NCBI GenBank assembly: GCA_050730895.1
Contig: JBOHNV010000001.1
Location: forward strand, 1-61,670
Length of the DNA stretch: 61,670 nt
From: Candidatus Microsaccharimonas sp.
Lineage (GTDB): Bacteria > Patescibacteriota > Saccharimonadia > Saccharimonadales > Saccharimonadaceae
Direction: 5' to 3'
Both the position numbers and the translations under genes were made by a program. Positions 40,038-49,190 of this stretch are shown piece after piece. Every line of letters begins with the position of its first letter. Positions within the stretch are counted from its first letter, which is position 1. The notes below the pieces were generated by a model, which made no database searches, was not told the DNA's origin, and was given only the letters and a program-made list of their open reading frames with translations.

Positions 40038-41276
40038 ATGCGAATATCACAGATTTTTACCAAGACGTTGAAGAACGCTCCAGCCGATGAAGTTGCCAAA
40101 AATGCGCAGCTATTAATTCGTGCTGGGTTTGTATACAAAGAGATGGCTGGCGTGTATGCGTACTTGCCACTCGGAAAAAAGGTACTCGAAAATATCATTC
40201 AGGTCATTCGCGAAGAAATGAACAGTGTGGGTGGGAACGAGATTAGTCTGACCGCACTGCAAAATAGCGATGTCTGGAAAACTTCGGGCCGCTGGGACGA
40301 CAATGTCATGGACGTGTGGTTTAAGACAAAGCTGGCAAATGGTACCGAACTTGGCCTTGCGCCAACCCACGAGGAGCCACTCACGAAGCTCATGAAAAAC
40401 TACATCCGAAGCTACAAAGACCTTCCGGTGTATCCGTACCAGTTCCAAATCAAGTTCCGCAACGAACTCCGTTCAAAAAGTGGCCTCATGCGCGGTCGCG
40501 AATTCTGGATGAAAGACTTGTACAGCTTTAGTCGAACCCAAGAAGAGCACGACGCTTTTTATGAAAAGATTTCCGAAGCCTACAACCGAGTGTTTGAACG
40601 CCTTGGCCTCGGCGACAGTACCTTTAAAACATTTGCGAGTGGCGGAAGTTTTGCAAAGTTTAGCCACGAGTTCCAAACAATTAGCGATGTAGGAGAAGAT
40701 ATTATTTACCTGCACCGTGAAAAGAACATCGCCATTAACGAAGAAGTTTACAATGACGAGGTGCTAGCGGAGTTGGGCGTGAGCCGCGACGAGCTAGAAG
40801 AAGTGAAGGCAGTCGAAGTGGGAAATATCTTTACTCTAGGGACGCGTTTCTCCGAACCCCTTGGGCTCACCTATACCGACGAAGACGGCAGCTCAAAGGA
40901 AGTACTTATGGGAAGCTATGGAATCGGTCCAAGTCGCCTCATGGGGCTGATTGCCGAACATTTCGCCGACGATAAGGGCTTGGTGTGGCCAGAGAATATT
41001 GCACCATACAAAGTGTACCTTGTAAGTATTGGAAACGTTGTTGAGCAGGCGAACGAGCTATACGAAAAGCTCCAAGCTGCTGGTGTTACGGTGCTATTTG
41101 ACGATCGCGATGAACGCCCGGGCGCTAAGTTCGCCGACGCAGAGTTGATTGGGCTCCCGTATCGTGTTACCATTAGCGAACGCCTATTAGGGGAGAACAA
41201 GCTCGAGTTTACACGCCGCACAGGTGGCGACACTGAATTATTGACACTCGACGAGCTGCTTGCTAAAATAGCATAA
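40038..41276 (+). CDS. proS: Proline--tRNA ligase (no editing insertion)
   Basis: LAPTHEE, KFRNELR..GLMRGREF.MKD.YSF, EVG.IF.LG, MGSYGIG. Confidence 0.97.
   Translation: MRISQIFTKTLKNAPADEVAKNAQLLIRAGFVYKEMAGVYAYLPLGKKVLENIIQVIREEMNSVGGNEISLTALQNSDVWKTSGRWDDNVMDVWFKTKLANGTELGLAPTHEEPLTKLMKNYIRSYKDLPVYPYQFQIKFRNELRSKSGLMRGREFWMKDLYSFSRTQEEHDAFYEKISEAYNRVFERLGLGDSTFKTFASGGSFAKFSHEFQTISDVGEDIIYLHREKNIAINEEVYNDEVLAELGVSRDELEEVKAVEVGNIFTLGTRFSEPLGLTYTDEDGSSKEVLMGSYGIGPSRLMGLIAEHFADDKGLVWPENIAPYKVYLVSIGNVVEQANELYEKLQAAGVTVLFDDRDERPGAKFADAELIGLPYRVTISERLLGENKLEFTRRTGGDTELLTLDELLAKIA
41241..41269 (+). promoter_or_regulatory. Sigma70 promoter for greA inside the proS 3' end
   Basis: TTGACA-N17-TAAAAT with extended TG. 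Confidence 0.75.
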
Positions 41277-41369
41277 CTAGAGTGCATCTAACTGCCCCCT
41301 ACGCTACATATAGTGTAGGGGGTTCCACTAAGCCAAGTGGAAGAAAGTTTTTGAAAAGGAAATTTTAGA

Positions 41370-41825
41370 ATGAAAAAACAATATCAAATCACTGCTGAAG
41401 GTAAGAAAGAGCTTGAAGCTGAATTGGTTGAGCTAAAGTCACGACGCGGCGAAGTTGCCGAGAAAATCTCAAACGCCCGCGACTTTGGTGACCTCAGTGA
41501 AAACGCCGAATACGACGCCGCTCGCGAAGAGCAGGGTCTTCTTGAAACGCGCATTGCTGAAATTGAAGAAATTATTACCAATGCTGACATTATTAAGATG
41601 TCTAAAAAGAGCACTATTGGTCTTGGTAGCCGCGTTGAACTTAAAACTGGCAGCAAAAAGGTAGAATACGTTATTGTTGGTCCAGTTGAAGCAAACCCTA
41701 TCGAGGGAAAAGTAAGTAACGAATCTCCAATTGGTATGGCACTGTACGGCAAAAAAGTCGACGATAAGGTTACTATTTCGACCCCTAAGGGCGATATTAA
41801 CTACACCGTTGTTGCTGTTGGGTAG
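41370..41825 (+). CDS. greA: Transcription elongation factor GreA
   Basis: GDLSENAEYDAA, S.ESPIG.AL. Confidence 0.98.
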   Translation: MKKQYQITAEGKKELEAELVELKSRRGEVAEKISNARDFGDLSENAEYDAAREEQGLLETRIAEIEEIITNADIIKMSKKSTIGLGSRVELKTGSKKVEYVIVGPVEANPIEGKVSNESPIGMALYGKKVDDKVTISTPKGDINYTVVAVG

Positions 41826-41828
41826 TTT

Positions 41829-41952
41829 GGCTAGCAAAAGCCCCTTTTGATTACTTCAAGAACACTTTCGCGTAACCAATAAAAATAAGGCGTAGAGACC
41901 CTTATTTTTATTTGCGTGAAGCAAGTTTCGGAAGTAACGAAAGGGGCTTTTG
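41829..41952 (+). repeat. Structured hairpin element, copy 2
   Basis: Homologous to 25512-25639 with compensatory substitutions. Confidence 0.8.
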
Positions 41953-42003
41953 GTGTGGCGGTATATCCGTCAGCAACAGGGGTGTGATATACTATTGCTT
42001 GAT

Positions 42004-43545
42004 ATGTCGACACTAAAAGATTTTCGTGATGAGCGTCTGCGCAAGCTTGCAGACCTCAAGGAGCTCGGGTTTAACCCGTATCCTGCTGATAGTCACCGCA
42101 GCCACAATGCAGGTGAGGTAAAAGGCAACTTTGAAACACTCGAGAACCAGACGGTTACCGTTGCCGGTCGAGTCATGGGTATTCGAAAATTCGGTAAACT
42201 TGCATTTATCGTCGTGCGCGACCAAACTGCTGAATTGCAGCTTTTCTTGCAGGCTGGCAATGTAGGTGAGCGCGATGCCGCTAACGGCGTGCTTGCTATG
42301 GAAGATCTACCGCTCCTTGATACTGGCGACTTTATTGAAGCAACCGGCCCGGTTATCAAAACGAAAACCGGTGAAGTCTCGGTGCAGGTTGAAAAACTCC
42401 GCCTCCTTACTAAGGCACTTCGCCCGATGCCAAGTGCCGTTGACGGCTTTACGAATAAAGAAGAGCGTATGCGTCGCCGTTACGTCGATATGAACGTAAA
42501 CCTCGATGTGCGTGAGCGTTTTGTGCGCCGTTCAAAGTTTTGGCAAGCAACGCGTGATTTTCTAAACGACAATGATTTTATTGAAGTGAATATTCCGGTG
42601 CTCGAACACACTACTGGTGGTGCTGACGCTAATCCATTTGTCACCCATATGGATGCACTTGATCAAGATTTCTACCTTCGTATCAGTCACGAGCTTCCGC
42701 TGAAGCGCCTACTTGGTGCTGGCTTTGAAAAGGTATACGATATTGGGCCACGGTTCCGCAATGAAAATTATTCCGACGAACATCTTCCAGAGCACGTAGC
42801 GATGGAGTGGTACTGGGCGTATGCTAACTGGCAAGACGGCGTCAAGTTTATGGAAGCAATGTACAAAGATGTACTGCAAAAGACATTTGGTACATTGCAG
42901 TTTAAGCTTGGTAATTTCGATGTCGACATGGCAGGTGAATGGGAAGTATGGGACTATGCCACCATCATTAAAGAACGCTATGGAATTGATGTATTTAAGT
43001 CTACACTTGATGAAGTGAAAAAGGCGCTCGCCGACAATAAGCTCGAAGTAGAACAGACCGAAAATCGTGCTCGCGGTATCGACAAGCTCTGGAAGAATAT
43101 TCGTAAAGACGTTGCTGGCCCAGTATGGCTTGTAAACACCCCAACTTTTATTAGCCCGCTTTCTAAAACCAATCCCGACAACCCTGAGACCGTTCAACGT
43201 TTTCAGCCGGTAATCGCTGGTTCAGAGCTTGGGAATGGCTTCTCGGAGCTTAACGACCCAATCGACCAACTCGATCGCTTTGTTGAGCAGCAGAACATGC
43301 GCGATGCTGGTGATGAAGAGGCGATGATGCTTGATATCGACTTTGTTGAAATGCTGGAATACGGCATGCCGCCAGCTTGTGGCTGGGGATGGAGCGAACG
43401 TGTATTTTGGATCTTTGAAGGTGTGACTGCCCGTGAAGGTGTGCCGTTCCCGCAGCTTCGCCAAGAATACGATGAAGTTACGAAGGCGCTGTACCCGCAA
43501 GTTGCCTTTGAAGAGCCTGCGAACGAAGAATCCAGCAACAAATAA
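42004..43545 (+). CDS. lysS: Lysine--tRNA ligase (class II)
   Basis: GGADANPF.TH, YLRIS.EL.LKRL, FRNE, GNGFSELNDP, YGMPP. Confidence 0.97.
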   Translation: MSTLKDFRDERLRKLADLKELGFNPYPADSHRSHNAGEVKGNFETLENQTVTVAGRVMGIRKFGKLAFIVVRDQTAELQLFLQAGNVGERDAANGVLAMEDLPLLDTGDFIEATGPVIKTKTGEVSVQVEKLRLLTKALRPMPSAVDGFTNKEERMRRRYVDMNVNLDVRERFVRRSKFWQATRDFLNDNDFIEVNIPVLEHTTGGADANPFVTHMDALDQDFYLRISHELPLKRLLGAGFEKVYDIGPRFRNENYSDEHLPEHVAMEWYWAYANWQDGVKFMEAMYKDVLQKTFGTLQFKLGNFDVDMAGEWEVWDYATIIKERYGIDVFKSTLDEVKKALADNKLEVEQTENRARGIDKLWKNIRKDVAGPVWLVNTPTFISPLSKTNPDNPETVQRFQPVIAGSELGNGFSELNDPIDQLDRFVEQQNMRDAGDEEAMMLDIDFVEMLEYGMPPACGWGWSERVFWIFEGVTAREGVPFPQLRQEYDEVTKALYPQVAFEEPANEESSNK

Positions 43546-43620
43546 AGCTATAGACGGTTGAAATCCTTTGAGATATTGCTATACTAAATATAGCAATATA
43601 ACCAAAGGAATTCATTAACA

Positions 43621-44163
43621 ATGTCTAGTATTCTTGTTGTCACGGGTAGCGTGCGACCAAATAGCGTCAACGAAATTATCACTCCACTTGTTGCGGCCGA
43701 AGCTGAAAAGCAAGGCGCAGAAGTTAAAGTAGCGAACCTTAAAGAGCTCGCATTGCCGTTCTTTGATGCGCCCGTTTCACCAATGGCTCCAGACTTTGCA
43801 CCAGCACACGAGAATGTGATTGAGTGGACAAAGCTCGTGGCCGAGGCCGATGGTGTTATTTTCGTAACTCCTGAATACAATCACACCATGACCCCAGTAC
43901 AGCTCAACGCTATCGACTGGATTGGTAAAGAATGGGAACACAAGAAGATCGGCCTTGTTGGGTACGGTTGGAATAGTGGTGCCGCTCAAGCACATGCCAC
44001 CGCGCGTGAAGTACTTGCGGTAAATCTTAAAGCGGTTGTTGGTGATGACCAAACGAACCTTTACTTTACCCGCGAATTAAACGCAGATGGTACCGTTGCC
44101 GACGAAGCCAAGGTGACTGAAAGTATTGCTGCGACCGTTGCCGAAGTTATTGGCGAACTATAG
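43621..44163 (+). CDS. NADPH-dependent FMN reductase family
   Basis: GSVRP.S, ADG.IFVTPEYN, NAIDW...EW..K. Confidence 0.92.
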   Translation: MSSILVVTGSVRPNSVNEIITPLVAAEAEKQGAEVKVANLKELALPFFDAPVSPMAPDFAPAHENVIEWTKLVAEADGVIFVTPEYNHTMTPVQLNAIDWIGKEWEHKKIGLVGYGWNSGAAQAHATAREVLAVNLKAVVGDDQTNLYFTRELNADGTVADEAKVTESIAATVAEVIGEL

Positions 44164-44197
44164 ATAGGCGATAACGCTCCATGCTATCATAAGAGGC

Positions 44198-45964
44198 ATG
44201 AAGCGTATCTTTGGGGCGATAGCCGTATTTGTACTTGGTGTTGCATTCTTTGCAGCGCCGACTGCCAGCGCTCAAGGTACTAATAACTTTACTATCCTTA
44301 CATTTGATATTCAGTACGAGCTCTCGCGTGATAGCGAGGGCCGTTCTGTTTTAAAGACCACCGAAACAATTACCGCCAAGTTTCACCCATATTTGAATCA
44401 GAATCACGGCCTAGAGCGTGCGATTCCCCATACCTACGACGGGCATTCGGTTTCGTTGAATATTCTTGACGTAAAAAATCTTACAAATGGAAGCAGCGAA
44501 TATAGCACCTCAACGAGAGGTGATATGACGACGCTTCGAATCGGTAATGCCGATACCTACGTGCACGGCGAGCAGCAGTATCGTATTGTGTATACACAAC
44601 GCGACGTCACTAAAAACTTTAGCAACACTCAGCGCGATGAATGGTACTGGGATACTAATGGCACTGAATGGCGCGTGCCAATTGAAAAGTTAACCGTATC
44701 GGTGTCGATGACAGGCGAGCTTGCGAAGGCGCTCTCAAGCGACGTGCACTGTTACCAGGGAGCATTTAGTGCTACCGATAGGTGTGAGCTTACGAAAACG
44801 AGTGAAGCTACATATGCACTGGTCGCAGAAAACCTAAAAAGCGGTGAAAACGCGACGGTTGCGTTTGGCTTTACGAGCGGTACGTTTGCCGGGTATAAGG
44901 CATCTCTATGGGACATCTTAAAAGCCGCTTGGGTAATTATTCAATTTGCCAGCATTCCAGTGGTATTTGTTGTACTGACTTTGTTAACGGTACTGTATTA
45001 TCGTCGTACATATCGATCTTCTGAAATGCACACAATCGTGACCGAGTATATTCCACCCAAGGATGCAAGTGTACTGGTTGCCTCGAGTATTGCGGGCTCA
45101 CCGCTCTATGCGTTTTCAGCCCAGCTGATTGATCTAGCCGTGCGTCGGTACATCGCAATTATTGAAACCAAAGAGAAATCGACGTGGAAAGCCGCCGAAT
45201 ACGACATTGTTATTCAAAAAGATCCAAACCTACTGCTAGCCGAAGAGCAGGAAATTCTAAGCGACATGTTTGATGGCTTGCCAAAAGAAGGGGGTCGCTT
45301 GGCACTGAAGTCGCTACAGACAAACTACAAGTACAGCGCCCGCACGATGGATAACGACAAAAAACTAAAGGTGCTTGTAGAAGGCGTCTATCAGCTTCGC
45401 CATAAAAATGCCGACGCTTCAAAGGTATTGAAAGTATGGGCGATACTACTGACGATAGTGGGAGTTTTGACGCTCTCGATACCACTGTTATTTGTAACGG
45501 TATTTGCTTGGTCGTATGCAAGTGTTATTCGCCCCCTTACCGACAAGGGTCTTGAACTTCGCCGCTATGTAAAAGGCCTCGATAAGTACATTAAGGCATC
45601 AGAAACGCAGCGGTTGGCTTTCCTGCAGGGGCCAGACACTGCCGAGAAAGTTGGCTTTGCCGTAAATACCGAAGACCCTGGTCAGTTAGTAAAATTATAC
45701 GAACGAGTCTTGCCGTACGCCATTTTATTTGGTCACGAGAAAGACTGGTCTAAACGCCTGGGCGAATTCTACCAACAAACAAACCAGAGCCCAGATTGGT
45801 ATAGCGGCAATACTGTCTTTAATGCAGCCGTTTTTAGTGCCGCAATGAGCAGCTTTACGCAATCGGCATCTTATAGCGGTGGTGCAAGTTCAAGCTCAGG
45901 TGGCTCGAGTGGGGGAGGCTCATCTGGTGGCGGCGGTGGCGGTGGTGGAGGCGGCGGCTGGTAG
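44198..45964 (+). CDS. DUF2207 family membrane protein
   Basis: Signal peptide, HG..R.IP, LIDLAVR, YERVLPYA..FG..K.W, Gly/Ser tail ending GGGGGW. Confidence 0.9.
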   Translation: MKRIFGAIAVFVLGVAFFAAPTASAQGTNNFTILTFDIQYELSRDSEGRSVLKTTETITAKFHPYLNQNHGLERAIPHTYDGHSVSLNILDVKNLTNGSSEYSTSTRGDMTTLRIGNADTYVHGEQQYRIVYTQRDVTKNFSNTQRDEWYWDTNGTEWRVPIEKLTVSVSMTGELAKALSSDVHCYQGAFSATDRCELTKTSEATYALVAENLKSGENATVAFGFTSGTFAGYKASLWDILKAAWVIIQFASIPVVFVVLTLLTVLYYRRTYRSSEMHTIVTEYIPPKDASVLVASSIAGSPLYAFSAQLIDLAVRRYIAIIETKEKSTWKAAEYDIVIQKDPNLLLAEEQEILSDMFDGLPKEGGRLALKSLQTNYKYSARTMDNDKKLKVLVEGVYQLRHKNADASKVLKVWAILLTIVGVLTLSIPLLFVTVFAWSYASVIRPLTDKGLELRRYVKGLDKYIKASETQRLAFLQGPDTAEKVGFAVNTEDPGQLVKLYERVLPYAILFGHEKDWSKRLGEFYQQTNQSPDWYSGNTVFNAAVFSAAMSSFTQSASYSGGASSSSGGSSGGGSSGGGGGGGGGGGW

Positions 45965-46030
45965 GGTCTGTTGCCTAAGTGCTAGCCGCTGAGGATTATG
46001 CTGTACAGTTCGCTAATTTGGGAAATAACG

Positions 46031-46210
46031 GGATAGTCCGCGATAGCTACGAAACGCGGTATCTGGCGAGCCCTGGAGTTCGACTGTAAAGTTCCTGCCC
46101 TGGCGAGGACTGTCTGAGCACAGCGAGTTCCGCAGCCAGCAAAGAACTGCACAGTCGAGCGACAAGGCGCAAGCCAGTGAACTGCGTAGCGCAGCTATCG
46201 CGGACTATCC
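46031..46210 (+). repeat. Long rod-like inverted repeat (candidate structured RNA or MITE-like element)
   Basis: Perfect 18-bp terminal IR GGATAGTCCGCGATAGCT/AGCTATCGCGGACTATCC with nested internal stems. Confidence 0.7.
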
Positions 46211-46217
46211 GCACTAT

Positions 46218-46250
46218 TTGACAAATTATAGTACCTTGTATAACATAGAA
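46218..46250 (+). promoter_or_regulatory. padR promoter with overlapping putative autoregulatory operator
   Basis: TTGACA-N17-TAACAT; TGT-ATA-ACA dyad over the -10; ATG 6 nt downstream. Confidence 0.6.
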
Positions 46251-46252
46251 CC

Positions 46253-46597
46253 ATGACACACGAAACTATAACCAGCGCTGCGTATGCCGAGCAACTTGCG
46301 ACCCAACTCCGCAAGGGTTTTTTGGCATACTGCGTATTAAAGACCTGTTCGCATCAGCCAAAGTACACCAGCGATATTATTACCACACTGCGCGACGCCG
46401 AAATGGTAGTAGTCGAGGGGACTATCTACCCGCTTTTAAGTCGTTTGCAAAAAGATGGCTTGCTTTCGCATGAATGGCAAGAAAGCGAACAGGGTCCGCC
46501 GCGAAAATACTACAAGACCACCCAGTTTGGAGGTGAGGTCGTTGAAGAAGTGGGTAAACGAATCGCCGCATTAACCGCAACACTAAAGAAATTATAA
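46253..46597 (+). CDS. PadR family transcriptional regulator
   Basis: QLRKG.L, EGTIYPLLSRL...G, W.ES..GPPRKYY. Confidence 0.95.
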   Translation: MTHETITSAAYAEQLATQLRKGFLAYCVLKTCSHQPKYTSDIITTLRDAEMVVVEGTIYPLLSRLQKDGLLSHEWQESEQGPPRKYYKTTQFGGEVVEEVGKRIAALTATLKKL

Positions 46598-46607
46598 GGA
46601 GAGTACG

Positions 46608-48296
46608 ATGAACGAAATTACCCGAATCCACATCGCAAAAACCGCGTACGACGTAGAAGTTGCGGCTAAAAAACAATTAGAAAAATATATTAAAAGTCTC
46701 GAAAGCTACACGCAAGATACTGACGTACTTGCAGATATAGAAATTCGCATGACCGAGCTATTGGCCGAGCGAAACGTGCAGCCAGGAGGTGTTATTGGAA
46801 GTGACGACGTTGCAGCGATTCGCGCCCAACTTGGTGAGCCGCACGAATTTGCCGACGGCGAGGGCGACATTGCCGTAGGCGCTACGGCTCCCGAGCAACC
46901 ATCAGGCCGACGCCTTTACCGATCTGCTGACGACGCCGTGTTGGGTGGTGTGCTGAGTGGTATCGCAACATACTTCAACGTGAACCCGTTATGGGTGCGA
47001 CTCGCATTTATCGCACTGCTATTCATTTCATTTGGGTTTGCTTCACTTGTATATATTGTAATGTGGATCGTGGTTCCATTGGCACGCACGGCGACTGAAA
47101 AGCTGCAGCTTGCCGGTAAGAATGTAACGCTCGAATCAATCCGTGCGTTAAACGCCGAGGAGGAAGGTGTTACGGCGGTTCCTCGTACGCCAATTCTCCA
47201 GCAGGTAGTGTTTGTTGGTGCAGGGATCGCCAGTCTCTTGAGCGCCGTCGGCACCTTCCTTGTGACCGCCTGGCTTATTATTGGCGCGCTTACATTCAAC
47301 GACCAGTTTGTAAATATGATGAATGGAATGGCGGGTCTCGGCGAGGGCGAGATGTGGATCGTGTGGTTCGTCTTCGTTATCGTCGTTCTTGGACTTTTGC
47401 TCCTCACAGCACTCTTTGGTCTTATTGCGTACGCATTTTTGGCGCGAAAGCTGAACAAGCGTATTGTAGTGAGCGGGGTGATTATTATAGCCCTTGGAAT
47501 CACCTCATTTGCAGCGGTACTTGGTATTTCAACAAGTCAGTCGTGGCGTGTTGCTAATGAAACGCGCAGCATGGTACGTGAAACAAAGGCAAACCTTTCG
47601 AAGGAATTTGCAAGCGTTAAAACTGTCGAGTTTACGACAGTACACCCTAAAAACGAATCAAATAAAGAATACTTCTTTAGCGGCTCTGTACAGATTCGTT
47701 ACGTTGTCGACGAGGGCCCTGCGCGTTACGAGCTCAGTGCACTACCATCAACCAAGCCAACAATTACTGTTGATGGAACCACCGCCAAGATCTCAGTTAG
47801 TGTTCCAGAAAGTTTCCGCAACTCATTTGTGCAGCCAGAACTCACTGTATACGGCCCAGCGCTCGATTCTATTAAGAGCGAAAACTCTACGGTAGAGTAT
47901 GCAGGTTTAACCCAGGCATCGCTTTCTGTAAAAAATGGTGAAGAGGGTAATGTAAGTGTGAGCGGAGCGTTTAACTCACTTGCGGCGAGCGGTAACGGGT
48001 CAATTGACCTCAGCTCAAGCTCAATCCAGAGCCTTACTGTAGTGTCCGAACAACACCTTTCAGTAACTGCTGGGACTGTCCGCGAATTGACTATAACGCA
48101 ACCCGACGTTTGCCCGAGCAATACCTACAGTGACAATACTCGAGTACACGTGGCTGGAGTTACCGCAGGCACTATGACCTACAACACTACTGTTATGGAT
48201 GCGAAGTCACACCAAACGAGCTGTGCGGTTGTAATCGTCGGCGATGAGGATGACTTCGAGGCCTACGACGATGAGTACAGCTATAGGTACAATTAA
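46608..48296 (+). CDS. PspC domain-containing membrane protein
   Basis: DIE.R..EL, RRLYRS.DD.VLGGV.SGIA.YF...P.WVRL, YIVMWIVVP. Confidence 0.9.
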   Translation: MNEITRIHIAKTAYDVEVAAKKQLEKYIKSLESYTQDTDVLADIEIRMTELLAERNVQPGGVIGSDDVAAIRAQLGEPHEFADGEGDIAVGATAPEQPSGRRLYRSADDAVLGGVLSGIATYFNVNPLWVRLAFIALLFISFGFASLVYIVMWIVVPLARTATEKLQLAGKNVTLESIRALNAEEEGVTAVPRTPILQQVVFVGAGIASLLSAVGTFLVTAWLIIGALTFNDQFVNMMNGMAGLGEGEMWIVWFVFVIVVLGLLLLTALFGLIAYAFLARKLNKRIVVSGVIIIALGITSFAAVLGISTSQSWRVANETRSMVRETKANLSKEFASVKTVEFTTVHPKNESNKEYFFSGSVQIRYVVDEGPARYELSALPSTKPTITVDGTTAKISVSVPESFRNSFVQPELTVYGPALDSIKSENSTVEYAGLTQASLSVKNGEEGNVSVSGAFNSLAASGNGSIDLSSSSIQSLTVVSEQHLSVTAGTVRELTITQPDVCPSNTYSDNTRVHVAGVTAGTMTYNTTVMDAKSHQTSCAVVIVGDEDDFEAYDDEYSYRYN

Positions 48297-48389
48297 TAGC
48301 AACGTAGTCTCCAAATAACAAAAACACGGCGCTCCGCAATAGGGGTGCCGTGTTACAATATAAAGAGTAAAAACGGAGGGGAGTCACAC

Positions 48390-49190
48390 GTGATTGAAGT
48401 CAAAAACGTCACTAAGACGTATGGCAAAAAGCACAGTACGTTTACTGCGCTTAACGATGTCAGCTTTACTATTCCAGGCGGGGCGAGTGTTGCGATTGTT
48501 GGAAAGTCGGGGAGCGGTAAATCGACGTTAATGCATGCCATGAGCGGTCTCGACCGCCCAGAAATGGGGCAAGTTATTATTGACGGTGTCGATATTTTGA
48601 AGTTAAAAAATAAGGCAGTTGATAAGTTTCGCTCAGAGAAAATAGGATTTATTTTCCAGTCTTTTTTTGTACAAGCCAATGAAACTTCATACGACAACGT
48701 TGCGCTACCGCTCGAAATTAATCGCATGAGTATTCGGGCTCGAAAAGACCGTATTACACAGGCTCTCGAGTTTGTAGAATTAACTGACAAAACCAAACAA
48801 AAAGCACGTAACCTTTCGGGTGGGCAAAAGCAGCGTCTGGCGATTGCACGTGCTATCGTGAACGAGCCAAGTATCATTTTTGCCGACGAACCAACCGGTA
48901 ACCTCGACTCTACCACCGGTGAAAAAATCGAAGATCTCTTGTTTGGTCTCAATAAGCAAGGCGGGAGTACGCTCATTATCGTGACTCATGACCCCGACCT
49001 TGCCGAAAAATGTGATATTCAAATTTACATTAAAGACGGGCAAATTGACCGCATTGAAGGCTCATTTGAATCACCTGAACCACCCGAGCCAGAATTTGGT
49101 GACAGCCGCGACGACGACGATCGTCTACCTGGCATTGAAAAACTAGACAGCGACGCAGTACGCGAGGAGGCAGCGCATGAGAACCATTGA
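48390..49190 (+). CDS. ABC transporter ATP-binding protein (LolD/MacB-like)
   Basis: GKSGSGKST, LSGGQKQR, ADEPTGNLD, VTHD; GTG start after GGAGG. Confidence 0.95.
   Translation: MIEVKNVTKTYGKKHSTFTALNDVSFTIPGGASVAIVGKSGSGKSTLMHAMSGLDRPEMGQVIIDGVDILKLKNKAVDKFRSEKIGFIFQSFFVQANETSYDNVALPLEINRMSIRARKDRITQALEFVELTDKTKQKARNLSGGQKQRLAIARAIVNEPSIIFADEPTGNLDSTTGEKIEDLLFGLNKQGGSTLIIVTHDPDLAEKCDIQIYIKDGQIDRIEGSFESPEPPEPEFGDSRDDDDRLPGIEKLDSDAVREEAAHENH

Noticed and set aside
45880..45964. GGC/GGT-rich tandem repeat
   Set aside because: Encodes the Gly-rich tail typical of DUF2207 proteins
46047..46259. 70-aa minus-strand ORF over the long inverted repeat
   Set aside because: Overlaps the padR start and promoter and lacks coding features; the region is better explained as a fold-back element
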